Shown: positions 22,339-31,406, counted from the stretch's first letter. The stretch: DNA of 32,000 nt from Candidatus Brocadia sp. (GCA_021650915.1 CP091279.1:2700001-2732000); one strand, 5' to 3'. Notes: generated from the sequence alone by a model not told the origin. Program-made: numbers and translations.

Positions 22339-25134
22339 CTACCCACGGGAAGCGCCCCGCTTACCTTTTTTGTCAGCGCCTCCGGGTTTGCCGCTCTTGA
22401 CCTGGGCGGCTGCCTCGAAAACTGCCTTTCTGCCGCCTTCGAGGATCAACTCCGGCGTGACGGTCGCAAAGATATGCATAAGCCGGGCGATGATTCCGGT
22501 CCATCCTGTCTGGTGGCTGGCGCCGAGGCCGGCCCCGTTGTCCCCGTGGAAGTACTCGTAAAACTGGATGTAATCGCGCCAGAGCGGGTCTTCCTGAAAT
22601 TTCCGGGTATCTCCATAGACCGGCCGCCGTCCATCTTTGTCTTGCAGAAAGATATTGGACAGCCGGCGCGTGATCTCGTCGGCTACCTGATACAGGTTCA
22701 TGCGCCGTCCGGAGCCTGTTGGGCATTCGACGGTGAAATCATTGCCATAGTAGCTGAAATATTGCAGCAAAGCCCGGATGATCAGTCCGTTCACAGGCAT
22801 CCAGATCGGTCCGCGCCAGTTCGAGTTGCCTCCAAACATGCCGGAGTCAGATTCTGCCGGCAGGTAGGAAACCCGGTATTCCTGCTCCCCAGCACGGAAG
22901 ACATAGGGGTGGTCGGCATGGTGGCGGGAAAGAGCGCGGATCCCATAAGGGCTGAGGAACTCCCTCTCATCAAGCATCTTCGCCAGCACCCGGCGGAGCT
23001 TGGTTTCATCCAGAATCGAGCCGAGCCGGCGTTCTGCATAACCAACCTTGATCGGGTTGTGGATAAAGGCTAACAACTCCGGCCGTGCTTCGAGGAACCG
23101 TTGGAATCTTTCCTCAACCTCCGGGAACTTATTCCTTATTTCCCCCTCAAAGACCGTAACCGCGCACAAGGGCAGCAAGCCCACCATGGAGCGCACCTTC
23201 AGACGATGGGCTTTACCGTCCGGCAACCTGAGTACGTCGTAGAAGAAGCCGTCCTCCTCATCCCACATCCCCGTCTCCTCGCCCGTGTGTATCATCGACG
23301 AGGCAATCCACAAGAAGTGCTGGACGAACTTAAGGCACATATCACCGTATGATTCCTTCTCCATCGCCAGTTCTGTGGCGATCTCAAGCATGTTCTGGCA
23401 GTAAAGCGCCATCCATGCGGTGCCATCTGCCTGTTCCAGGTAGCCGCCCGTTGGCAGCGGCGCGCTTCGGTCGAAGACGCCGATGTTGTCCAGTCCCAGG
23501 AAGCCGCCCTCGAAGACGTTCCTGCCAAATCGGTCTTTGCGGTTGACCCACCAGGTGAAGTTGAGGAGCAGTTTCTGGAAATTGCGTTCGAGCCAGCGGA
23601 TATCGCCCTGACCCTTCCGGGCCTTTTCCAGGCGGTAGGTGAAGATGGTGGCAAAGGCATTCACCGGCGGATTGACGTCGCCGAAGTTCCACTCGTATGC
23701 CGGAATCTGCCCGCTGGGGTGCAGGTAGTGATCCTTGAGGATGATGTCCAGTTGTTGTTTGCCAAAATCCGGGTCTACCAGCGTAAGGGCAAGGACATGG
23801 AAGGAGAGATCCCACGCCGCATACCAGGGATATTCCCACTTGTCCGGCATGGAAAGGATGTCGGAGTTGTACATGTGATGCCAGTGGTCGTTGCGGGGCG
23901 CCGCGCGCCTTTTCGGCTTAAAAGGGTCTGAGCCACGTTCCCCGAGCCACTGGTTTACGTCATAATAATAGAATTGCTTGGTCCACAGCATACCCGCCAG
24001 GGCCTGGCGCATAACCTTAGCTGCATCTGCGCTGAGCGATGGTGGAATGACGGTGGCATAGAACTCGTCCGCTTCCTGCCTGCGGTTCTTCAGCACATCA
24101 TCGAAATGGCTTCCGAACGGTCCGAATCCTTTACCGTAGGTCTGATCAAGCGCGGCCGGCGCGACATTAGTGAGCCGGATCCGGACCACATGGCTCTTGC
24201 CAGGCGGGACCGTTAAGCGGTAGTGAGCCGCAGCCTTTGTACCTTTCTTCTCCGGGTTTACGGCCTCCTGCTGTCCATGGACTAAGTAATTGCTGATGCC
24301 GTCCTTTACGTACGGAGTCCTGTTAGGGACGCCAAGAAGTCGTTGGGTGTTGGTTTCATTCTCTGTGAAAAGCAAGGATGGTGTTCCTTCGCAGTACAGG
24401 TAGTGAGGTTCTTCCCTGGGATAGGACGCCGCGACCACGCTGTATGTTGTGCTCCCCTCTGCCTGAAAAGCCTCCGGTTTGTCTGAACCGGCGACCCATG
24501 ACCACTGGTTGCGAAACCAGAGCGTTGGCAGTACATGCACCGTGGCCACCTCCGGGCCACGGTTGTGGACGCTGATTTGAATCAGGATGTCCTCGGGCGA
24601 CTCCTTGGCGTATTCGACAAACACATCAAAGTAACGATCCTGGTCGAAGACGCCGGTGTCGATAAGCTCGTACTCGAGTTCATGGCGGCCCCGCCGGCGA
24701 TTCGTTGCTACAATGTCATCATACGGGTAGGCTGCCTGCGGGTACTTATAGAGGTACTTCATATACGAGTGTGTCGGCGTACTGTCGAGGTAGAAGTAAT
24801 ACTCCTTGACGTCCTCTCCGTGGTTTCCCTCGGCGTTGGTCAACCCGAACAGGCGTTCCTTCAGGATCGGATCCTTGCCGTTCCACAATGCAAGAGCAAG
24901 GCAGAGCCGTTGATTGTCGTCGGAGATGCCCGCAAGGCCATCTTCACCCCAGCGGTAGGCTCGGGAACGGGCATGATCGTGGGGGAAGTAGTTCCAGGCA
25001 TCCCCGGATTCACTGTAGTCTTCGCGCACCGTGCCCCACTGACGTTCGCTCAAATAGGGACCCCATTTCTTCCAGTGCACCTTCTGTTGGTTGGCTTCCA
25101 TCAGCCGTTGTGCCTCTGTTGGTAACTTATCCAT
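22339..25134 (-). CDS. GH63-like / MGH1-like glucosidase (about 900-aa bacterial class)
   Basis: 931-aa ORF with RBS AAGGAGG 5 nt upstream. The N-terminus [52 protein letters not shown] is the conserved head of this family as I remember it. The C-terminal (alpha/alpha)6-type region contains [14 protein letters not shown] and [11 protein letters not shown]. Confidence 0.8.
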   Translation of the reverse strand: MDKLPTEAQRLMEANQQKVHWKKWGPYLSERQWGTVREDYSESGDAWNYFPHDHARSRAYRWGEDGLAGISDDNQRLCLALALWNGKDPILKERLFGLTNAEGNHGEDVKEYYFYLDSTPTHSYMKYLYKYPQAAYPYDDIVATNRRRGRHELEYELIDTGVFDQDRYFDVFVEYAKESPEDILIQISVHNRGPEVATVHVLPTLWFRNQWSWVAGSDKPEAFQAEGSTTYSVVAASYPREEPHYLYCEGTPSLLFTENETNTQRLLGVPNRTPYVKDGISNYLVHGQQEAVNPEKKGTKAAAHYRLTVPPGKSHVVRIRLTNVAPAALDQTYGKGFGPFGSHFDDVLKNRRQEADEFYATVIPPSLSADAAKVMRQALAGMLWTKQFYYYDVNQWLGERGSDPFKPKRRAAPRNDHWHHMYNSDILSMPDKWEYPWYAAWDLSFHVLALTLVDPDFGKQQLDIILKDHYLHPSGQIPAYEWNFGDVNPPVNAFATIFTYRLEKARKGQGDIRWLERNFQKLLLNFTWWVNRKDRFGRNVFEGGFLGLDNIGVFDRSAPLPTGGYLEQADGTAWMALYCQNMLEIATELAMEKESYGDMCLKFVQHFLWIASSMIHTGEETGMWDEEDGFFYDVLRLPDGKAHRLKVRSMVGLLPLCAVTVFEGEIRNKFPEVEERFQRFLEARPELLAFIHNPIKVGYAERRLGSILDETKLRRVLAKMLDEREFLSPYGIRALSRHHADHPYVFRAGEQEYRVSYLPAESDSGMFGGNSNWRGPIWMPVNGLIIRALLQYFSYYGNDFTVECPTGSGRRMNLYQVADEITRRLSNIFLQDKDGRRPVYGDTRKFQEDPLWRDYIQFYEYFHGDNGAGLGASHQTGWTGIIARLMHIFATVTPELILEGGRKAVFEAAAQVKSGKPGGADKKGKRGASRG

Positions 25135-25198
25135 ACATTCCTCCTTTGATTCAAAGTGGTATTGCCTTTTTGTAAAAACTAAGCGGTGGCATAATTTC

Positions 25199-26023
25199 TT
25201 ATTTTGAAATCGCTTCCGATGGGGCAGCCGGGCCGGTAGTTAAACTTTGCTGAAGCCTGATCATGCCCTGCTGGCTGACCCTGATGAACCCCCGCCGGGG
25301 CCGGTCGAGATCCATGATCACCAGAATGACCATTGCCAGAACGACCGACATCATTGCCGCCGGGAAGAAATTCCTCCGGCTCCCCATGCCGCATCCGTAG
25401 CCCATGACCAGCAGAGACAAGGCCGCACACGTAAACAAAAGCCAAAAGGCGATTTCAGGAACACGGTTCTCAGATGCAGCCAGGCGTTTGGCGTGAAGGT
25501 CGATCATTTCATTCAAAGAACTCAGAAACAGCGAGACAATCACCGGTGAAGATACCCTTTTGTCCTTGCTGATGTCAACGGCACGCAGCCAAAGTTGATT
25601 GTGTAATTGTTCTGACCTGACGATTGCATCATGGAGTTTCCCCGGCTGTATACCCTCTAGCCGCGTATCGACATATTGGCGCAGCAGTCCGGATATTTCC
25701 GTCATGTACGGTTCCGGCAGCAGTTGTGTCCGCAGATATGTTGTGCCGATGGCGTTGGCCTCTTCGAGAACCAGTTGCTTACGGAGATCAAAACGTGTTA
25801 GCGCCATGGAAAAGGTAAATCCCAGGAGGAGGGCGAGTATACCAAGGACAGCCGCATCAATGGTAGTAATCCACGATTTTGCCGTCTCATCAACCTTTGT
25901 CCGGATGAGGCGCCCAAATCGAAAGCCACCTTCGAAAGCCAGAAAGAACAAGGCGATAGCGCATACAAAAATTAACCGTAAATCTATGCTATACAGTAAC
26001 CCACCCACTTCGTTGTCTGCCAT
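25199..26023 (-). CDS. DUF4239 (bestrophin-like) membrane protein
   Basis: 274-aa ORF with TM segments at both ends. LGILALLLGFTFSMALTRFDLRKQLVLEEANAIGTTYLR matches my recollection of DUF4239. RBS GGAGGG lies upstream. Confidence 0.6.
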   Translation of the reverse strand: MADNEVGGLLYSIDLRLIFVCAIALFFLAFEGGFRFGRLIRTKVDETAKSWITTIDAAVLGILALLLGFTFSMALTRFDLRKQLVLEEANAIGTTYLRTQLLPEPYMTEISGLLRQYVDTRLEGIQPGKLHDAIVRSEQLHNQLWLRAVDISKDKRVSSPVIVSLFLSSLNEMIDLHAKRLAASENRVPEIAFWLLFTCAALSLLVMGYGCGMGSRRNFFPAAMMSVVLAMVILVIMDLDRPRRGFIRVSQQGMIRLQQSLTTGPAAPSEAISK

Positions 26024-26531
26024 TGTTAAAGAATCCCTCCGATACCGAAGATATTACCCCCATCAAGCCCTTCTTTCGGGCTGCTCCAGGAACTATTCAA
26101 AGTGATTGCGCTGTCCAGTGCGTATTGCCTGATACGAGGGTTCACGTCAAGAAAAACCGGGCATCGGCATAGCGTAGCTTCACCATTCGCACTGTTGTTG
26201 TCCGGGAACGCCTATTCATAACATAAACGATATTGTTTGCCTAGCAAAATATTTATATTACCCATAGACCGGAACGGACCGGAAGAGCGCCAGGAGATTG
26301 GTAGTGTTAAAATCTTTTCCAAAGACTTACGTAAAGTGAAATACGAAACTCTGTAAAAATTATTTTTACAGAAGAGGCGCTTCTGGCTTTTGATAGCGCC
26401 ACCTTCATCATCAGATCTCCCCGATTTATGTTAAAGCGCCTGCGTTTATATTTGACGTTGCCACCGGTCTTTCGCTGATTTTGTGCAACGGTTTCGATGG
26501 ATTACCCTTGCGCTTCCCGTTGAGAGTATGA

Positions 26532-26648
26532 TATACTCTACAGCCTCACAATTTGTGATTTATAGCAGTTCAACACGGACAAACAGAGTTTGTCCATGCC
26601 ACCATATTATCAATTTAAAATTCACATTTTATGAACATCTTGAGTATA
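26532..26648. repeat. tatactc...gagtata hairpin module (second full copy)
   Basis: tatactctacagcctcacaatttgtgatttatagcagttcaacacGGACAAACagaGTTTGTCCatgccaccatattatcaatttaaaattcacattttatgaacatcttgagtata. It is near-identical to 13538-13654. Confidence 0.8.
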
Positions 26649-26836
26649 ATATCATCCTGAAAAGCGGGCATTCCCAATTCCAAAAAGGACAATCAGCGCT
26701 CCTTTATTTCATTACAACAATTATTTTCAATGACAGCAATAAATCAGTGCAAAATTGCCTCTGCATGCTTAATCTTAATTGTACCCGCATGGCTTGTTCG
26801 AACCAGATAACAACAAAGTGCTTTAGGATGTGAAAT

Positions 26837-27376
26837 ATGAAGATAGCAAAAAGAAAGTTTTTCATGGGACTGGTAGCGTTAATAGTCCCACTCTTCCTGG
26901 TGAATACGGTAAACGCACAAGATGTATCCAACAAATTGAATATGATGGAGATCGTTATTTCAAATCTTATTGCGCGGGTAGAGGCGCTGGAAAAGCGGGT
27001 GAACGCATTAGAAAAAAATCTCGCCCCGGGGGTTGGAAAAGCGGCTAAAAAAGAGGTTGCCGGGAAAGAGCCTGCGAGACCCATTCTTACGGATGGATTT
27101 GAAGATATTGGGAATGGATTTTTTGTGAGGGGCGTGCGGTTTAATCCGTTTGGTGACAACGTGCTTTTTATGGGCGAGATAGCGAACCGGTCGGAAAAGA
27201 ACTATCGTTTTGCAAAATTTAAGCTGGAAATCTATGATGATCGTGATCTGTTGGTTAAAAAAGAAGAGTTTACCATACCGGATAGCCCGAAAGATAGCAT
27301 AAAGCCCTTTGAGACCATGATCATCGGGGTAGACGCTGGCCTTATTCACCGATATGTGCTTCGTGCAGATGATTAG
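26837..27376 (+). CDS. Hypothetical secreted protein: coiled-coil plus small beta domain (FxLYD/DUF3426-like resemblance only)
   Basis: 179-aa ORF with signal peptide MKIAKRKFFMGLVALIVPLFLVNTVNAQ. A heptad-like segment reads LNMMEIVISNLIARVEALEKRVNALEKNL. The C-terminal domain contains GEIANRSEKNYRFAKFKLEIYDDRDLLV. Confidence 0.55.
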   Translation: MKIAKRKFFMGLVALIVPLFLVNTVNAQDVSNKLNMMEIVISNLIARVEALEKRVNALEKNLAPGVGKAAKKEVAGKEPARPILTDGFEDIGNGFFVRGVRFNPFGDNVLFMGEIANRSEKNYRFAKFKLEIYDDRDLLVKKEEFTIPDSPKDSIKPFETMIIGVDAGLIHRYVLRADD

Positions 27377-27671
27377 GGAGTACCTGTTTCCGAGCCCAGG
27401 ACCCTTAAGTCTGCGCGACAAGTGAGGCGATAGGGCGCGGAAATTCTTCATGCTGTCAGCCACCAGCGGTTTTCCTCCTCACTGTTTGCCGGGTAACAGG
27501 GCATTCCGCATCTGGTTTTTCGTATGCTGTTCCCGTCGTGCCATCCTGATCCCTGCCTCCTTTTGTCCTCCGTTCCCTTGTTAACCCAAAAAGAAAGTTG
27601 CCACCACAAACAGAGCGCCTTCTTCATTTTTGACATTTACTTTTGAAGGAATTTTGATAGGCTTATTACTA

Positions 27672-27788
27672 CCCAACCCGAACGAGTCGGAAGAGAAATA
27701 CGGTAGGGGCAGGTTTCAAACCGGCCCCTACACAGTGTGAAAAAAACATTTTTGCCGAAAATGTCAAAATATTTTTTATTAGACACTA
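27672..27788 (+). repeat. 120-bp three-copy element, copy C, abutting the kinase start codon
   Basis: cccaacccgaacgagtcggaagagaaatacggGTAGGGGCAGGTTTCAAACCGGCCCCTACacagtgtgaaaaaaacatttttgccgaaaatgtcaaaatattttttattagacacta. The last A is the A of ATG 27788. Confidence 0.85.
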
Positions 27789-28882
27789 TGGATACAATGG
27801 ATACGCTAACAGGCATTGTAAATCAGGCCTTAGATTGTATAGGCAAAGGCATTATGATACAGGATATCAACCGTCGGGTGGTGTTTTTTAACCACGCCTG
27901 TGAAGAGATAACGAAATGGTCGCGGGCAGAGGTTATCGGAAAGGATTGCGGCGACATTTTTTTGTGCCATACCTCCACGGGGATGTGTTTGACGGAGAAG
28001 TTTTGCCCCGGCATGGAAATATTTCACGGAGGCCTCTCCCAGGGTTCGCGGGAACTCCTGATCAGACGGGGGGATGGAACCGAATCCTGGGTAAAAATGA
28101 GCGTTTCTCCTTTAAAAACCCCCGGGGGAAAAGTGACGCATCTTGTTTCCGTAATCGAGGATATTAGTGATATAAAGCGGTTTTCGGATGAGGTGCTCAG
28201 GTCGAAAACCCTGTCCACCCTTGGCGCATTTGCCGCGGAACTGGCACATGAGGTGAAGAACCCTTTAAATGCCATGAATATCCAGATGACGGTGCTGGAA
28301 CGGGAGATCCACGATATCAAGAAGCTCGGCGATCGGGCAAAAAAGGAATTACTTGACGTTGTCACGATCGTTCAGAAGGAACTGCATCGCTTGAGCGGTT
28401 TTGTCGAAGAGTGTTTGCATTTTTCAAAGACCGGTGAACTGAATAAGAGCAGCGTTCATGTGGGTGATCTCCTCAGCGAGATTGTTTCGTTGCTCCTGCC
28501 CCAGGCGCAATTACAGGGGATACAAATTGAATTCGTAATAAAAAATGCCTTGCCGGAGATAATGATCGACCGGGACAAGATAAAGCAGGCGATCCTGAAT
28601 ATCCTGATCAATGGCATTGAGGCAATGCCAGACGGAGGAATATTGCAGGTAAGTGCAAAGCGTATTGAACAGGAAATAGGTATCTCCTGTCAGGACACCG
28701 GGCCGGGGATACCGGATGAAATCAGGGACAAGATATTTCATCTCTTTTATACCACAAAAGACGGGGGTACCGGCATAGGGCTTTCGTTTGCACAGAACAT
28801 TGTCCAGGCCCATGGAGGTATCATACGGCTGGAGGCATCTTCCAGGGGAAGTAAATTTGTGATTGCGCTTCCTATAAGTTAG
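27788..28882 (+). CDS. Soluble PAS-domain sensor histidine kinase (NtrB/AtoS-like)
   Basis: ORF 27737..28882, trimmed to ATG 27788 because the first 17 codons (GTG start, MKKTFLPKMSKYFLLDT) are repeat sequence also present at 19261. No TM segment is present. The PAS domain has a Cys cluster. Kinase boxes: H-box ELAHEVKNPLNAM, N-box LNILINGIEAM, G1 DTGPGI, G2 GGTGIGL. The start remains uncertain (27737/27761/27788/27797). Confidence 0.85.
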   Translation: MDTMDTLTGIVNQALDCIGKGIMIQDINRRVVFFNHACEEITKWSRAEVIGKDCGDIFLCHTSTGMCLTEKFCPGMEIFHGGLSQGSRELLIRRGDGTESWVKMSVSPLKTPGGKVTHLVSVIEDISDIKRFSDEVLRSKTLSTLGAFAAELAHEVKNPLNAMNIQMTVLEREIHDIKKLGDRAKKELLDVVTIVQKELHRLSGFVEECLHFSKTGELNKSSVHVGDLLSEIVSLLLPQAQLQGIQIEFVIKNALPEIMIDRDKIKQAILNILINGIEAMPDGGILQVSAKRIEQEIGISCQDTGPGIPDEIRDKIFHLFYTTKDGGTGIGLSFAQNIVQAHGGIIRLEASSRGSKFVIALPIS

Positions 28883-28967
28883 GTGGATGGAAGGAGCGTG
28901 CAGTGCGGTTAGGGGGCGAGTTAGGGGTTAGATTAGACCTTCAGCAAATTTTTATTATACGATAAAA

Positions 28968-29007
28968 CCCCCCCTGAATCCCCTCCCGGGAGGGGATTCA
29001 GGGGGGG
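28968..29007. repeat. 40-nt perfect palindrome between the kinase and regulator genes
   Basis: CCCCCCCTGAATCCCCTCCC|GGGAGGGGATTCAGGGGGGG. Arms are 20 nt with no mismatch. Confidence 0.9.
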
Positions 29008-29051
29008 TGTAAGGCAGGAGCAGAAACCTTGAAATTCCTTAGTATCAGCCT

Positions 29052-30398
29052 ATGACAAAACCAAGGATCTTACTAATTGATGACGATAAAACCGCGCTCG
29101 ATGGGCTGGTGAAGATTTTGGCGCACGACGGGTATCCGGTCTCCGGAGCCCTGTCTGGCTATGAGGCATTAAACCTCCTCTCCGGGAAGACCTTTGATAT
29201 CGTTGTGACGGATATGAAGCTGCCCGGTATGGGCGGATTGTCCCTGATTCACGAATTGCGGAAGAAAGAAGAGCCGATGGCCATCGTGGTTATCACGGCC
29301 TATAGTTCGGTTAAAACGGCTGTTGAGGCGATAAAGTGCGGGGCGGACGATTATCTGACGAAACCCGTAAACGTTGAAGAGTTGGAGCTGGTATTGGAAA
29401 AGTTGTGGGAACGACAGCAACTCATTTTCCAGAACCGACTATTAAAGGAAAAATTAAAGGACAAGTATAAATCTTCTGAACTGGTGGGAAGCACCCCCCA
29501 GATGCAGGGTATCTTCAAGACCATTGAAGACGTTGCCCCCAGCGCCGCATCAATCCTGATCTTAGGGGAAACGGGGACCGGGAAGGAACTCGTGGCGAAT
29601 GCCATTCATTATCAAAGCGACAGGTCCAGCAAGCCCCTCGTGGCATTGCATTGCGCCGCCCTATCAGAAGGCGTTTTGGAAAGCGAGCTCTTTGGTCATG
29701 AAAAAGGGGCGTTTACCGGCGCCATTCAGGCGAGAAAAGGACGGTTTGAGATGGCGGACGGAGGCACCCTTTTCCTGGACGAAGTGGGCGAGATGAGTTT
29801 AAAGGTACAGGTGAAATTGCTGCGGGTTTTAGAGAAGGGTGAGTTTGAGCGTGTTGGCGGGGAAAAAACTCTGAAGGTGGATGTGAGATTGATTGCGGCA
29901 ACGAACCGAAACCTTGAAAGAGAGGTCTCGGAAGGAAGATTTCGCGAGGATCTGTTTTATCGGTTAAATGTCATCACCGTCCATTTGCCTCCGCTGAGGG
30001 AAAGGAGAGACGACATTCCCCTCCTTTCTAATTTTTTTGTTATTAAGTACATAAAAAAGTATAAAAAGGAGATCAGGGGATTTGATCCTGATGCAATGGA
30101 GGCACTTTGTTTGTATCAATGGCCGGGAAACGTGAGGGAGCTGGAAAACGTCATGGAAAGGGCTGTCGTGCTCTGTAAAAAAAGCATGATCGCCATCGAC
30201 CTTCTGCCCAAAAACATTGTTCCAAACAAGGAAGATGTCTCTATGATCAAAATTCCCCTGGGCACTTCTCTAAAAGAAGCCGAAAAGGAAATTATCCAAA
30301 AGACACTTCAGATGGCGCAGGGAAGTAAGAAGGAAGCCGCAAAAATATTGGGTATCTCGAGCAGAAAAATTGAATATAAAGTAAAGGAGTGGAGTTAG
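29052..30398 (+). CDS. Sigma-54-dependent response regulator (NtrC family: REC + AAA+ + Fis HTH)
   Basis: 448-aa ORF. The REC domain has DDD10-12 and phospho-acceptor D54 (IVVTDMKLPGMGG). AAA+ Walker A is GETGTGKE, the sigma-54 contact loop GAFTGA is intact, and Walker B is LFLDEV. The C-terminal HTH is KKEAAKILGISSRKIEYKVKEW. Confidence 0.92.
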   Translation: MTKPRILLIDDDKTALDGLVKILAHDGYPVSGALSGYEALNLLSGKTFDIVVTDMKLPGMGGLSLIHELRKKEEPMAIVVITAYSSVKTAVEAIKCGADDYLTKPVNVEELELVLEKLWERQQLIFQNRLLKEKLKDKYKSSELVGSTPQMQGIFKTIEDVAPSAASILILGETGTGKELVANAIHYQSDRSSKPLVALHCAALSEGVLESELFGHEKGAFTGAIQARKGRFEMADGGTLFLDEVGEMSLKVQVKLLRVLEKGEFERVGGEKTLKVDVRLIAATNRNLEREVSEGRFREDLFYRLNVITVHLPPLRERRDDIPLLSNFFVIKYIKKYKKEIRGFDPDAMEALCLYQWPGNVRELENVMERAVVLCKKSMIAIDLLPKNIVPNKEDVSMIKIPLGTSLKEAEKEIIQKTLQMAQGSKKEAAKILGISSRKIEYKVKEWS

Positions 30399-30575
30399 AA
30401 GCGAAATTTTTTCAAGCATCTTTTTCCTGTCTGCCTGGATTTCCGCAAAATTTTCATTTAATACGCCCCTCTTGTAAAAGCATCTCTTTCGGGTCATCGC
30501 ATCACATAAAAAGACGCACGGTTTAAAGATATTCAAAAAATATACTTATGACTTTTGTGCGGCTTAAAATGGCAA

Positions 30576-30591
30576 TTGGCATATCTTTTGT
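30576..30591 (+). promoter_or_regulatory. Candidate sigma-54 (-24/-12) promoter
   Basis: TGGCAT-atctt-TTGTt compares with consensus TGGCAC-N5-TTGCW: GG at -24, correct spacing, and GT instead of GC at -12. It lies 95 nt upstream of ATG 30686 and directly downstream of a sigma-54 activator gene. Confidence 0.45.
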
Positions 30592-30603
30592 TATTTTGAA
30601 AAA

Positions 30604-30637
30604 CGGCATGAGTATCTTATGGTGAAGATACATGCCG
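30604..30637 (+). promoter_or_regulatory. 5'-UTR stem-loop at the predicted transcript start
   Basis: CGGCATGagTATCTT-atggtg-AAGATACATGCCG has a 13-bp stem with a 2-nt bulge. It begins about 12 nt after the -12 element. Confidence 0.45.
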
Positions 30638-30685
30638 CATTTTAGAATTAACATTTTTTGGTTTTACAAGGAGGGTGAATAGCGT

Positions 30686-31339
30686 ATGTCAATTATGTCA
30701 GATGCGTATATGAAAATGTTTCCGATGGAAGCAGAGAAGAAGGTTTCGGCTGGCAAGCGTAATCCTGTTTTGGAAGTGCCTGAGTTTAACACGGCATGGA
30801 AGCTTTACCGGGATACCAGTTTGGATATTGTGAAACGTTACGAATACATGGCTCAATGTGTCGGCTTTACTGATAAGGATACTGCGGCTATTAAGGAATC
30901 AAAGGATATTATAGCTGCAAATTTGAAGGCAATCCTTGATCATATCTATTATGAAAAACTCATAACCGACCCATGGCTCTCAAGATGGTTCAGAGACGAT
31001 AGTGGCAAAATAGCCAGGGAGTACGTTGACATAAGACGGGCAAGACAACAAAGGTTCCTGCTTAAGATACTGGAGTGTAAATGGGATGAGGAATTCTGGA
31101 ATTTTGTGCGCTGGGTGGGGGCTGTGCATGTGCCCATCTTTGGTTTCGAAGATCTTTATATACCGATAAGGCTGAATCTCGCCTTATGGGGGTATATACA
31201 TCAATATTTGTTCAACCTCTTTGCTCAGGAACTAAAAAATGATCCGGAAAAACTGCGCAGGATCACAACCGCGTGGACAAAACTTTTTTGGATAATTATC
31301 GACATTTATCACATCGATTATTTTGGTCCCTGGATGTAA
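30686..31339 (+). CDS. Stand-alone protoglobin-domain haem protein
   Basis: 217-aa ORF with RBS AAGGAGGG 10 nt upstream. It can be aligned along its length, from memory, with archaeal protoglobin: FTDKDTAAIKESKDIIAANLKAILDHIYYEKL; RRARQQRFLLKILECKWDEEFWNFVRWVGAVHVPI (His148 as proximal His candidate); ITTAWTKLFWIIIDIYHIDYF. No additional output domain is present. Confidence 0.75.
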   Translation: MSIMSDAYMKMFPMEAEKKVSAGKRNPVLEVPEFNTAWKLYRDTSLDIVKRYEYMAQCVGFTDKDTAAIKESKDIIAANLKAILDHIYYEKLITDPWLSRWFRDDSGKIAREYVDIRRARQQRFLLKILECKWDEEFWNFVRWVGAVHVPIFGFEDLYIPIRLNLALWGYIHQYLFNLFAQELKNDPEKLRRITTAWTKLFWIIIDIYHIDYFGPWM

Positions 31340-31369
31340 TGTTTTCATGAGACATTCGGTGGTTTTCCG

Positions 31370-31406
31370 CCCCATACTCCCTCGTTTACGCGAGGGAGTA
31401 TAGGGG
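31370..31406 (+). terminator. Stem-loop between protoglobin and ferredoxin (weak intrinsic terminator/attenuator candidate)
   Basis: CCCCATACTCCCTCG-tttacg-CGAGGGAGTATAGGGG, about 15 bp with one bulge. The T-run (ttgaaatttttt) starts several nt after the stem rather than immediately. Confidence 0.4.

Noticed and set aside
24535-25125. 196-aa plus-strand ORF (and 22474-23073) antisense to the GH63-like gene
   Set aside because: These are shadow ORFs in a GC-rich gene. The minus strand encodes a continuous 931-aa protein with a strong RBS.
26353-26373. Perfect palindrome ctgtaaaaat/atttttacag as a regulatory operator
   Set aside because: It is an isolated A/T-rich palindrome with no adjacent gene start and no second copy in the window, so it cannot be interpreted.
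26483-26833. 116-aa plus ORF (and 13510-13710, 12815-13024, 13029-13211, 16247-16432)
   Set aside because: These are read-throughs of the tatactc...gagtata and CATTGCGAGG repeats. The same peptide fragments (e.g. NSTRTNRICPCH…INLKFTFYEHLEY) appear wherever the repeat occurs.
27008-27463. 151-aa minus-strand ORF (and 26704-27159) overlapping the 179-aa plus-strand gene
   Set aside because: The products are basic low-complexity sequence without signal or motifs. The plus-strand ORF has an RBS, a signal peptide and a coiled-coil/beta-domain organisation.
27448-27636. 62-aa minus-strand ORF in the gap upstream of the kinase
   Set aside because: It has no RBS, no recognisable features and Trp/Arg-rich composition. 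It is left unannotated.
27737-27787. GTG start giving MKKTFLPKMSKYFLLDT at the kinase N-terminus (same peptide in ORF 19261-19455)
   Set aside because: The identical sequence occurs in a repeat copy with no downstream gene, so it is most likely repeat read-through. It is kept only as an alternative start.
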